Notes: generated from the letters alone by a model not told the origin. A stretch of DNA of 53,321 bases from a virus (IMGVR_UViG_3300035183_001064:1-53321), one strand, 5' to 3'. Numbered from the stretch's first letter, positions 1 through 8,161 are shown. Translations and numbers: made by a program.

Positions 1-39
1 ACGTTGTAAGTGCGCGAAATCATTGATGTTTTGGGGTAC

Positions 40-68
40 TTGCGTCACAATTTGTTCGGAGCTACAAA
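40..68 (+). promoter_or_regulatory. Candidate sigma70 promoter for the leader RNA/early operon
   Basis: TTGCGT-17 nt-TACAAA; imperfect -10; identical in the second copy. Confidence 0.35.
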
Positions 69-76
69 CATGCCCA

Positions 77-412
77 TCGCGAAAGTTAAACTTTTTGTAA
101 CTTTTTGCAAAACTTTCGCGACACACACGCGTTAGCGTGTCGTCCAGGGAAAAAAATCTGGACGTTAAGCGATACAGATAGCAGTTGTCTCTGAGCCCCA
201 ACCAGAGACAACAAGAGCGGAAAAACTCTAGGGGATGCTTGCAGCCCTGACCACAAGTACGCTCCGTAAGACGAGCCGAACGTGCACGAGCTAACGCTTG
301 CTATCGAGGAGTAGGCCAGAACCAAGCCCGCTTGGTGACACAAGTCCCCCAGGGAGGACTCATCCCGAGTCTCGCACCAAGCCGCCTTGGACACGCTAAC
401 CTGTAGCCTACT
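77..412 (+). ncRNA. Putative large structured non-coding RNA (unknown family), allele 1
   Basis: Multiple helices (141-147/158-164, 177-183/299-305, 184-193/203-212, 261-264/273-276, 310-316/406-412) keep pairing through compensatory changes in the second copy, while loops stay conserved. Confidence 0.8.
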
Positions 413-472
413 GTCCCAAAAAAGTTTGTTAATTCCATCAACAAGAAAAAAAACAACAATAGGAGGATGCCC

Positions 473-1063
473 ATGGCAGCAGCAGCAAAGAAAGGTACAC
501 AAAACATTGAGTTTGTGAAAGAGAGCGTCAAATTGACGCAAGAAGATATTAAGAAAATAAAGGGTTGGAAATGGTATGACACTGATCCCTTTGCAGGACA
601 GTGTCTGCTGACTCAATGTTCTCCAAAACTCGGTGTGCTGCTAGAGCAGCTCACCAACGCGTATCGTGCCAGTGAGCCGGTACGCGTTAGAAAAAGCCGC
701 TGGTCCGAAGAGAAAGAGGTAATAACCCCACAGGAAGCAATAAGCCGCTTTGGCGGCTTCTCGCTACGCTATAGCAAATTAACCGTCTTCCCTGGCGCGC
801 CAACGCCGGAAGCGGTTTTAAAAAGCAAAAATCCGGCGTGCCAGCACATATGGCGCGCCTTAAAAGAGCTCGAGTTTTTGCGCCCTGATTTAATCAGGGT
901 GACTAAAGGCGGCGTTGTGCGCCTTAAAGGCCACGATCCCAATTTTAACGATAAGACAAGTGTTGGTAGCCGCTCTAAGGCTGCTATAGATCCAGCAGCC
1001 TTAGACAGTGTCCTAAGTCAATATACTTTGAAAGCGGCTTCTGGAAAGGGGAAAGGCAAATGA
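473..1063 (+). CDS. Basic hypothetical early protein, possible C-terminal winged-helix
   Basis: AGGAGG RBS at 461-466; conserved at protein level with 51899-52486; segment HIWRALKELEFLRPDLIRVTKGGVVRL is wHTH-like by eye. Confidence 0.85.
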   Translation: MAAAAKKGTQNIEFVKESVKLTQEDIKKIKGWKWYDTDPFAGQCLLTQCSPKLGVLLEQLTNAYRASEPVRVRKSRWSEEKEVITPQEAISRFGGFSLRYSKLTVFPGAPTPEAVLKSKNPACQHIWRALKELEFLRPDLIRVTKGGVVRLKGHDPNFNDKTSVGSRSKAAIDPAALDSVLSQYTLKAASGKGKGK

Positions 1064-1245
1064 CAATCACAACCAGAGTGCTGCACTACGCAGCAAAAGG
1101 TTGGGGCTTGCGTGAGGCTATCACGCAGGCTCAAAAAGACGCTGACGAAGATGCGCGCACAATAGCGCGCACAAAGCGACTACTGGCATGTTACAGATAC
1201 ACGTCAGTAGTGCAGAGCCGATTACGGCACCAAAGAGACGAATAA
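1060..1245 (+). CDS. Small hypothetical protein (61 aa)
   Basis: ATGA overlap with the upstream gene; homolog at 52515-52703. Confidence 0.8.
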   Translation: MTITTRVLHYAAKGWGLREAITQAQKDADEDARTIARTKRLLACYRYTSVVQSRLRHQRDE

Positions 1246-1331
1246 GCATTCGTTTTGTGTTTGGTGCCATTCCGTGGCAAATCAACAATTTAACAAGCTC
1301 CTGCCAAAAAGGCAGGAGCAAGGAGGAAAGT

Positions 1332-1745
1332 ATGTTTACAGTAAAGTTTGTGGGTTTGAACGCTAATAGCCACGTTGTGTGCATCCAGGAGCCCCCCGCG
1401 GGGCTTAGCGCCTTGGACGCAGCACGTGCCCAATTGGGTTCGGACATTCTAACGGTAGAGCCCCCTTTGGGGTTCTACAAGTATGAGGTTACTTGCTCTT
1501 TAACGGAAGAGCAAGCAAGACAAGCCCCCCATCAGTTTTCCAACCATTGGGGTGCTTGCGTTCGCGTTTTACAAGGGGCTTTCAACAATTGCGTTCTATA
1601 CGCGTGGAATCGGCTTCAGTCTGATTCTACATGCGCAATGCTAAGCTATGATGTTGATCGAGATACGATAGTGGAAGCTTGGCTAGAAGCAGGGGCACCC
1701 ACAGATTGGGTGCCCCCACAAGAGGAAACTACCGAAGCAGAATAA
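1332..1745 (+). CDS. Hypothetical protein, paralog family A (MFxVxF...PPxGLxALDAA)
   Basis: AAGGAGG RBS; paralogs at 2259, 3611 and 52792. Confidence 0.9.
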   Translation: MFTVKFVGLNANSHVVCIQEPPAGLSALDAARAQLGSDILTVEPPLGFYKYEVTCSLTEEQARQAPHQFSNHWGACVRVLQGAFNNCVLYAWNRLQSDSTCAMLSYDVDRDTIVEAWLEAGAPTDWVPPQEETTEAE

Positions 1746-1778
1746 GCCTAACCAGTAGCCGCGTTGTTTTGCGCAATG

Positions 1779-1855
1779 AAGGCCAATTCCGCAAGGCTCT
1801 TGCGGGGCTGGCCTTTTCTGTTTTGTGCAATGGAGGCCAGTTTAGCGAGGCTCTT
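1779..1855 (+). terminator. 54-bp-period hairpin/U-tract repeats (terminator-like)
   Basis: AAGGCCA...TGGCCTT stem followed by TTTTCTGTTTT; partial second unit at 1834; two units at 53227 and 53281. Confidence 0.6.
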
Positions 1856-1880
1856 CACTTTTACCAAAACGGAGGAACGC

Positions 1881-2210
1881 ATGACGAAATCGGAGCTACT
1901 GATTGCGCTCGATTGCGTTCGTATCGCAATCGAGCAAAATCGGATAATGACTGCTGACTCTCACGCCACAATGTGCGAGTACGGAGCCGAATGTCATCAG
2001 CATTCGTGCACCCTAGGCATGTTTCTGAGGGCTTTGGGCGTGACGGAAATTGAAGACGGATTTCCATTTGTCTCTGATGTTGAATTGCTGTTTGGCCAGC
2101 AGGGCCTTGACGGCCTTGCGTCTGTCGTCGCCCGCGTTGTTTACTTGAACGACAAGGGCCAGTTTAGCGAGGCGCTTACGGAATTGCGGCGCGGAATCGA
2201 ATCTTGTTGA
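1881..2210 (+). CDS. Hypothetical Cys/His-containing protein, paralog family B
   Basis: GGAGG RBS; clear paralog at 3153-3485 (TKxEL...C...C..H.C.xG.FxRAL...LNDxGxF.xAL.EL). Confidence 0.85.
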   Translation: MTKSELLIALDCVRIAIEQNRIMTADSHATMCEYGAECHQHSCTLGMFLRALGVTEIEDGFPFVSDVELLFGQQGLDGLASVVARVVYLNDKGQFSEALTELRRGIESC

Positions 2211-2258
2211 CAACGTCATAAGCCCCCGCCACGAGGCGCCGGGGCAAGGAGGTACGGC

Positions 2259-2699
2259 ATGTTTTCTGTGACATTTCGCGGCAATTCTCCAGACGCATAT
2301 ATCATTCGCGTCTCTCCGCCTGACGGTCTGGCGGCGCTAGATGCGGCTTGCGCCGCTCTAGGCCCACAAGTCGATTTTGTGGCGCGGCAAGCATACGACT
2401 TCTGCGAGTTTGAGATATGCTGCCGTGTCTCGGAGGAACAAGCCCGCAAGGCGTTCTTCCAGAGCGGAGCATTTGGGGAGTCACGACAAGTGACGGTCAA
2501 AGTGCCGCCAGAAGCACTAAACCGCTGGACATGCGGTTCCTGGCGGCTCATGCCAGGCAGCGATACCATAGCGGAATGGATTCCAAGCATCCGCTATGCG
2601 GATATCGTGGAAGCCTGGCTTGCTGACGGCGCTCCGCTGGAGTGGACGCCATCCGGCTATGAGCCGTCAGCTACGCCTGCAAAGGACGACAATCAATAA
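2259..2699 (+). CDS. Hypothetical protein, paralog family A
   Basis: RBS; shared N-terminus and C-terminal VEAWLxxGAP motif. Confidence 0.9.
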   Translation: MFSVTFRGNSPDAYIIRVSPPDGLAALDAACAALGPQVDFVARQAYDFCEFEICCRVSEEQARKAFFQSGAFGESRQVTVKVPPEALNRWTCGSWRLMPGSDTIAEWIPSIRYADIVEAWLADGAPLEWTPSGYEPSATPAKDDNQ

Positions 2700-2754
2700 C
2701 CGAAACCTTTAACTGGCTCCCTGCTCATCAGCAGGGAGCCAGAAGGAGCGCACC

Positions 2755-3156
2755 ATGGCAACAGCATCATCGTCACACTACCCGAAAAGCAGAAGCAGGG
2801 TATATACCCTGCGCGTCTATGACGTGTGGGGCAATTATCAAGACGGATTTACCGTCAACGATGCCTATACGGCGGGCGAAATCCGGATTCGGTGCCGGGC
2901 CCACGTTTATAACGAGGGCACGCCCAATGAGTTTGTGGAATATACGCCTACCGAACGCCAGTTAGCGAGAGCGGTAGGGGAACGGGGACTTGTGTGGAGC
3001 GGAGAGTCCGATTATACGCTGTACGCGGAGACTCTCCGTGGCAAACCTGTCTGCGAGCTGGTTTTCGAGCGGTTCGCGGATGGGCCGGAAGGAGAATCGA
3101 ACCCCTTAATCGCACCATGCCGTGAATCGGCATGGGCCAGGAGGAAACTATCATGA
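2755..3156 (+). CDS. Phage hypothetical protein (YDVWGN motif)
   Basis: AAGGAG RBS after a perfect hairpin at ~2713-2742; ATGA-coupled to the next gene. Confidence 0.8.
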   Translation: MATASSSHYPKSRSRVYTLRVYDVWGNYQDGFTVNDAYTAGEIRIRCRAHVYNEGTPNEFVEYTPTERQLARAVGERGLVWSGESDYTLYAETLRGKPVCELVFERFADGPEGESNPLIAPCRESAWARRKLS

Positions 3157-3485
3157 TTACAAAAGGCGAATTGAAAGCCGCTCTAGGGGCCGCACAATGG
3201 GCCGTCGAGCATGGGCAAGTTATGGCGTGCCCTTCTCACGACAAGGCGTGTCCCCATGGTCAGGCATGTACAACGCATATGTGCGTCATGGGCGCATTCA
3301 TGCGCGCATTATTCTCATCGTCGTCTCTTTATGGGTTTCCAACGTTTGTGGATCTGGACAGGGTTTTTACTGCTGAAGGTTTCAAGCCTGTCGCAAAAGC
3401 GGCGCCCAAAATTATGTGGCTCAATGATACAGGCCGGTTCGGCGATGCCCTTGCCGAATTGAAGGCAGCAGTAGAATGTAGCTAG
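3153..3485 (+). CDS. Hypothetical protein, paralog family B
   Basis: AGGAGG RBS; paralog of 1881-2210. Confidence 0.85.
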   Translation: MITKGELKAALGAAQWAVEHGQVMACPSHDKACPHGQACTTHMCVMGAFMRALFSSSSLYGFPTFVDLDRVFTAEGFKPVAKAAPKIMWLNDTGRFGDALAELKAAVECS

Positions 3486-3610
3486 GGCTTATCGGAATGG
3501 ACGGGTGCGCCGGATTCGCCTTGGCGCTAAGGCGGGCGCTTCAGCATCTTGAGCGCCCAATTAGGCAATAACCAGTAACCGCTCGCCGAAAGGCGGGCAA
3601 GGAGGCTCTT

Positions 3611-4033
3611 ATGTTTACGGTGAAGTTTTCTTGTGTGCAAGCCAGCAAGCATGTCATTGAAATTATCCATCCTCCGGCGGGGCTTCAGGCGCTCGATGCA
3701 GCCAGGGCTGCGCTTGGACCGGACATTGTGCGGGTAGAATACCCACAAGGGTTCTACTACTACGACGTGGTGTGTGACCTTACCGAAGCGCAAGCGCGTC
3801 TAGCGCCCCATCAATTCGCGGGCCATTGGAATGCAACCGTCAAGGTGCTCCCCGGGGCGCTCAATGGGTGCGTCATATACAAGTGGCGACGGCACCCGCG
3901 TATCGCTACTTGCGCCACGCTCGATTATGAGATCGATCGAGCCGCCGCCGTTGAGGGGTGGCTCGCTGCTGGTGCACCCTCCGAATGGATCCCACCAAAG
4001 GAGCCTGAAAAGGTGGAAGCGAAAGAGGCCTAG
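3611..4033 (+). CDS. Hypothetical protein, paralog family A
   Basis: AAGGAGG RBS; paralog of 1332-1745. Confidence 0.9.
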   Translation: MFTVKFSCVQASKHVIEIIHPPAGLQALDAARAALGPDIVRVEYPQGFYYYDVVCDLTEAQARLAPHQFAGHWNATVKVLPGALNGCVIYKWRRHPRIATCATLDYEIDRAAAVEGWLAAGAPSEWIPPKEPEKVEAKEA

Positions 4034-4151
4034 CCAGCAGTCCCCGGGGCAACCCCTGGGGCCGGGTTGATCGGGTCAAGGCGTTTTTGGATTTTTGCCT
4101 TTTTTCTAAACGCTGCGCGGCTCTCAGCGCCGCGCGCATGGAGGTTTTAGC

Positions 4152-4331
4152 GTGTATGGACTACTCTCGGGGGGGTCACTCCTTGTGACCCTCCTGCTGC
4201 ACAACGTCACAGGGATAAAACCGGGCTATGGCCTTGTCTTTGCGGCCCTGCTAGGGCTTCTGTCCCTTGCTCCTCCCAACGGGGAGGAGAAAAAAACCAC
4301 AAGGAAGGAGCAAAAGAAACGTGACCTATAG
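4152..4331 (+). CDS. Small membrane protein (59 aa, two hydrophobic segments), not in the ORF track
   Basis: GGAGG then GTG; MYGLLSGGSLLVTLLLH...GYGLVFAALLGLLSLA...KKRDL. Confidence 0.5.
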   Translation: MYGLLSGGSLLVTLLLHNVTGIKPGYGLVFAALLGLLSLAPPNGEEKKTTRKEQKKRDL

Positions 4332-4905
4332 GGAGCTATACAACCTTTGTGATCCCGCTGTAAAACAAGCCGGTTCGCAATGGTACGCCGTTGCTCATGC
4401 GCAATGCCGGGCGATAGGGAGCGAAACAGGCTACGATGTTAATATCGTGGCCGCTGTCGTCAGCGCCCTGTCCCCGGGCGTGAAATGGGCCGATAACCTG
4501 CAATGGGCTGCCAAGCTCCTAAGCGCCGCAAGCGCGGCACAAGGAGCGGAAGCCATCGCCGGGTATACAGGTTATAAGGCAAATGCCCACAAAGCGTGGG
4601 CCATTGCGCGCAAGGAGTGCAAGCCAGAAGACGCCTTTGGTGAACAAAAATCACCCAAAACGTGGGCGTTTTGGCGGAATCTTCGGGATCCTGGGGAGTG
4701 GCGTCCAGTGACCATTGATCGCTGGATGTTGCGGATTCGTGGGTTTCACAAAAACCTCACGTGGAAAGCATATAACGCTTTAGCGGATGAGATCCGCGAA
4801 ATGGCGCGGGAGTGCGGCGCGGTGCCCAATGCGGTGCAGGCGGCATTGTGGTGCGTTGCCCGCGAACGCGGGACAAAGCAAAATGCCGCTATGGAGCAGA
4901 CATAG
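4321..4905 (+). CDS. HhH-glycosylase-like phage protein (DUF7178-like)
   Basis: Motifs WY..AH, AVVSALSP...W..N, PKT.AF..N, VTIDRW, QAALW; GTG start after AAGGAG. Confidence 0.7.
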   Translation: MTYRELYNLCDPAVKQAGSQWYAVAHAQCRAIGSETGYDVNIVAAVVSALSPGVKWADNLQWAAKLLSAASAAQGAEAIAGYTGYKANAHKAWAIARKECKPEDAFGEQKSPKTWAFWRNLRDPGEWRPVTIDRWMLRIRGFHKNLTWKAYNALADEIREMARECGAVPNAVQAALWCVARERGTKQNAAMEQT

Positions 4906-4907
4906 CC

Positions 4908-5168
4908 ATGGCGACGAACCCAACGGCGCGCAAAGTGTTGCTGACGAACATTGATCCGGACATTTTGCGCGCTATCAAAAAGCTGCGAAAGCAGCACCAC
5001 ACAACAATGTCGTTTCTGGTTAATATGGCAATCCGTTTAGGATTGCCTACCCTGGTGCGGCAACTCAAAGCAGCGGAAAAGGATGCTGCTTCAGTTATTG
5101 CCGAATATCAACTGAAAACCCATGCCCAATACTGGCATGGCCCAAAACTGAAGAAGGAGGATCTATGA
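4908..5168 (+). CDS. Ribbon-helix-helix (Arc/CopG-like) DNA-binding protein
   Basis: KVLLTNIDPDILRAIKKL....TTMSFLVNMAI fits the strand-helix-helix pattern. Confidence 0.6.
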   Translation: MATNPTARKVLLTNIDPDILRAIKKLRKQHHTTMSFLVNMAIRLGLPTLVRQLKAAEKDAASVIAEYQLKTHAQYWHGPKLKKEDL

Positions 5169-6271
5169 GCCGCCCGCAATATGGCGTGCTGGTTATGGAT
5201 ACCAGCATGGTCAGGTTAGCCAAGGAGTGCTCCTCCCTGGCGTATTTTGAGGGGGCGCGGGGCCTGCGCGTCCGAGGCGCAAACACGAACGCGCTGGCGT
5301 GCGGCACCGCAATACACGAGGCGCTGGCCGTATACTTGAAGACCGGATCGGCGCAAAAAGCCATCCGGAAGTTTCACAACCTGTATTATGAGGCTGGATC
5401 GGCGGCGGCCCGAGCAGACCCGAAATCGCGGCACGGATACGAAAACGTGCGCGACATTCTTCAAGAGTGGTTCCGCGTCCATCCCGTAGCGCCACAGCCC
5501 GAGGCGCGTCCGGGCTTACGGTTCAAAAATCTGCCATATGAGTTTTATCCGGGCCTGATTGAAGTGCCGTTTGGCATGCTTCTTCCAGCGGTGCCGGAAG
5601 AGCAGGTCTGGACGCTGGTCGTGGGCGTTCTGGACGCACTGGCGCGGAGCACCAGCACCGGCAACTGGGTGGTGCTGGACCACAAAACGGTGGCCCATGT
5701 GGACGCGCAATATCGGGCGGGCATCCATACGGACCCGCAATTTACCGTGTATTGCAAAGCTGCTGAGGCGCATTTGGCGTCCCTTCCGCCTGGGACGCGG
5801 GGTCCAGACGGATCCACGCGGCGGGTGGTGGAAGGGGCGGTTGTGAATGCGATGGAGATAGGGCTTTTGCCCGGCTCTGACAAGCGATGCGCCCGGCACG
5901 GAGCGCCCTACCAGCAGTGCCGCCTGCTGCATTGCGTGTTCGATGTCATTGCCACTGAGCGGGATGCGCAGGAAGCGCAGCGGTGCATGGACACGTTTGC
6001 CCATGTAGTGCGGCAATACTGGCGCGTCGCGCAAACGCAGGATATCCGGCAGGTGCCGCTGGACGGGCGCTTCGTGCGCGGGTCTTGTCCCCGGTGCTCG
6101 TTCAGCCCGGTATGCAACATGGCGGACCGGGACCGGGCGCTTGCGGCCATCACGGAACCGAACCCGTGGCGTCCGTATCCGCAAGCGCCAGCGCCGGGGT
6201 CCGTCCTGTGGTTTCCGGACCAGGACCAGTTTGCCCAATATACATCGCAACACATTCACATTCACATATAG
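5165..6271 (+). CDS. PD-(D/E)XK (Cas4/RecB-like) exonuclease
   Basis: GTAIHEAL, GVLD, VVLDHKT, Q...Y and C-terminal CPRCSFSPVC. Confidence 0.85.
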   Translation: MSRPQYGVLVMDTSMVRLAKECSSLAYFEGARGLRVRGANTNALACGTAIHEALAVYLKTGSAQKAIRKFHNLYYEAGSAAARADPKSRHGYENVRDILQEWFRVHPVAPQPEARPGLRFKNLPYEFYPGLIEVPFGMLLPAVPEEQVWTLVVGVLDALARSTSTGNWVVLDHKTVAHVDAQYRAGIHTDPQFTVYCKAAEAHLASLPPGTRGPDGSTRRVVEGAVVNAMEIGLLPGSDKRCARHGAPYQQCRLLHCVFDVIATERDAQEAQRCMDTFAHVVRQYWRVAQTQDIRQVPLDGRFVRGSCPRCSFSPVCNMADRDRALAAITEPNPWRPYPQAPAPGSVLWFPDQDQFAQYTSQHIHIHI

Positions 6272-6455
6272 GGGGGCATGCGTTTGGCGGATGCATCGCA
6301 CCATGCCGAACAGATTGCGAGGCAAAAAGGCCACGGAGGCATTTTTGGCGCGGCTCTTACGCGCTCCGCCGGACCTTTCCGGGGCCAGGCGGAGAAGCAA
6401 CAGGCGGCAATACAATTGATTTCCGGCGCTGAATGACGGCGCAAGGAGGATAACG

Positions 6456-7136
6456 ATGGAAACGATTACTTTAGAGACGCTGGAAGATTTGCTTGTAACG
6501 CGCTTTGCGGGGGTTTTGCGCTCTGGCTACCACGCGCCAGCGAGCGGGGAATGCTGCGCATTGGAGCTTTTGTCAGCGGCGCAAGGCCGGGAATGGACGG
6601 ATGACCCGGAGGTTGTCCGGACCTTTGATCTTCGGTTGATCAATGACATTCCTGTGACCAATGAGGTGCGGACCCAGTATTTGCTGCCGGTTCTGGTCGC
6701 GTATGCCGGGTCGCTGGACTGGCCGCTGGCTCGCCAATGGCGTGTGGCGGATCGGCTCCTCATTGAGACGACCCGGCGGTTGCTCAGCATCCTGCCAGGC
6801 CTGACGGAAGCCACCAGGGAGCAGTGCCGCAACGCCTTTACCGTTTCGGCGGCGCGGCGGGCCGTGCTGGCCGTGGGTTTGGAGGCGAGGCCAATGGCGC
6901 TGGTGGCGCGGGAAATGGAGGCCGTGACGTCGCCGCTGAGGGCGGCAAAAGGGGCTGCCGAAATGGCGATGGTGGTGGCGCGGGAAGTGGGACAGCAGAC
7001 GTTGCGGAAGGCAGGGAAGATGGCTGCGGCGGTGGAGGCGCGGGAAGCGGCGTTTATCACCGCCTGTGAAATCTGGCTTGAGGCGGCGGGTGCGGAAGGG
7101 GCAGAGGAGGGAGGCGAAGGCGGAGCGAAAGCATAG
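6456..7136 (+). CDS. Hypothetical protein
   Basis: AAGGAGG RBS; N-terminal LxSGxH...CALELLS...W.D.P motif; Ala-rich tail. Confidence 0.75.
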   Translation: METITLETLEDLLVTRFAGVLRSGYHAPASGECCALELLSAAQGREWTDDPEVVRTFDLRLINDIPVTNEVRTQYLLPVLVAYAGSLDWPLARQWRVADRLLIETTRRLLSILPGLTEATREQCRNAFTVSAARRAVLAVGLEARPMALVAREMEAVTSPLRAAKGAAEMAMVVAREVGQQTLRKAGKMAAAVEAREAAFITACEIWLEAAGAEGAEEGGEGGAKA

Positions 7137-7176
7137 AGTCCCAGCCAGTAGCATAATTGTAGCAGGTGCGCAAGGG
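7128..7176 (+). repeat. Direct repeat, left flank of the DUF932 cassette
   Basis: AAAGCATAGAGTCCCAGCCAGTA(g/a)CA(t/c)AA(t/a)TGTAGCA...GCAAGGG recurs at 8113-8161. Confidence 0.85.
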
Positions 7177-7268
7177 CAGTGCAATGTCCTTGCAGAGGGC
7201 GTTCTTTTGACTTGGCCCGCGGCAGCGGGGGTCCATCGCAGAAAATTACAGTGCAAGGAGGTTTCCGT

Positions 7269-8147
7269 ATGGCGTTTTCACTTACACCTTTTGGGCGTGG
7301 CGGCGTGGTTCTTCGGGCGCACCAGGGAAAGACGCTTGAGCTGGATGCAATCCGGCAGCATGCTCCGGCCATTTTCGCGAAGAACAAGCATGCGTCCCGG
7401 TCGGACAGATATGCGTATATTCCAACTGCTGGTGTTCTGGGCGCTATGATGCGGGAAAACTTTTTGCCGGTTGAAATCCGGCAGGGAGGAAGCCGGGATG
7501 AAAGCAAACGGGGCTACACCAAGCACCTTATCCGGTTCCGCCCGCCTGGTGTCGTTGCCGTGGTGGACGGCACGTTTCCGGAAATTGCGGTGCTGAATGC
7601 GCATGATGGTACGAGCAGCTATAAGGTCTTTTCCGCCTGGTTCCGCTTTGTGTGCTCCAATGGGCTGTATGTTTCGGAGCAGGCAGGACCGTCGCTGGTG
7701 GTTCCGCATAGGGGCCAGGTGTACGGTGTGGTTGAGGCGTCGTACAAAGTGGCGGAAGAGTTGCCCAAACAGGCGCAGCAGATTGAGCGGTTTCGGAAGG
7801 TGCAGTTGACGGAGCAGGAGGCGGTGGATTTTGCCAGGGCGGCCATTGCCTTGCGGTGGGAATCCGGGGTGCAGCCCGAACAGGTGTTGCAGCCAAGAAG
7901 GCCGGAAGATGCCGGTGCGTCCTTGTGGGCCGTATTCAACCGGTTGCAGGAGAGCATTACGGGCGGCGGCATTGTCATTGCGGGGCCTACCACAAGGCGG
8001 CGGTTTTTGGTTCGGCAATCCCGCGCTGTCCATGCCGTGCAGCAGAACATCCGGCTGAATCAGGCGTTGTGGTCGCTGATGGTGCAGATGGCGGAGGCCA
8101 AAGAGGGTCAAAAAAGCATAGAGTCCCAGCCAGTAACACAAATGTAG
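7269..8147 (+). CDS. DUF932 family protein
   Basis: H.SRS.RY.YIPT, TKHLIRFR, LNAHDGTSSY, FRFVCSNG, LW.VFN..QE, N..LN.ALW. Confidence 0.9.
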   Translation: MAFSLTPFGRGGVVLRAHQGKTLELDAIRQHAPAIFAKNKHASRSDRYAYIPTAGVLGAMMRENFLPVEIRQGGSRDESKRGYTKHLIRFRPPGVVAVVDGTFPEIAVLNAHDGTSSYKVFSAWFRFVCSNGLYVSEQAGPSLVVPHRGQVYGVVEASYKVAEELPKQAQQIERFRKVQLTEQEAVDFARAAIALRWESGVQPEQVLQPRRPEDAGASLWAVFNRLQESITGGGIVIAGPTTRRRFLVRQSRAVHAVQQNIRLNQALWSLMVQMAEAKEGQKSIESQPVTQM

Positions 8148-8161
8148 CATAGATGCAAGGG
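8113..8161 (+). repeat. Direct repeat, right flank of the DUF932 cassette
   Basis: Matches 7128-7176. Confidence 0.85.

Larger units (their letters stand above)
1..1855. repeat. Left copy of a long diverged direct repeat (partner 51440-53321)
   Basis: Bases 1-127 are identical to 51440-51566. After that, identical blocks alternate with diverged blocks, with the same order: leader, ~200-aa ORF, 61-aa ORF, family-A ORF, 54-bp hairpin repeats. Confidence 0.95.

Noticed and set aside
10-412. Group II intron, RNase P or hammerhead identity for the leader RNA
   Set aside because: GTGCG, CAGAACC and CTGA are only short coincidences; no domain V, P4 or CUGANGA/GAAA core.
1758-2190. DGR template/variable repeat pair
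   Set aside because: No reverse transcriptase in the window, the match is short, and differences are not adenine-specific.
5165-6271. Cas4 as part of a CRISPR system
   Set aside because: Stand-alone PD-(D/E)XK nuclease typical of phage recombination modules; no cas1/cas2 or array.
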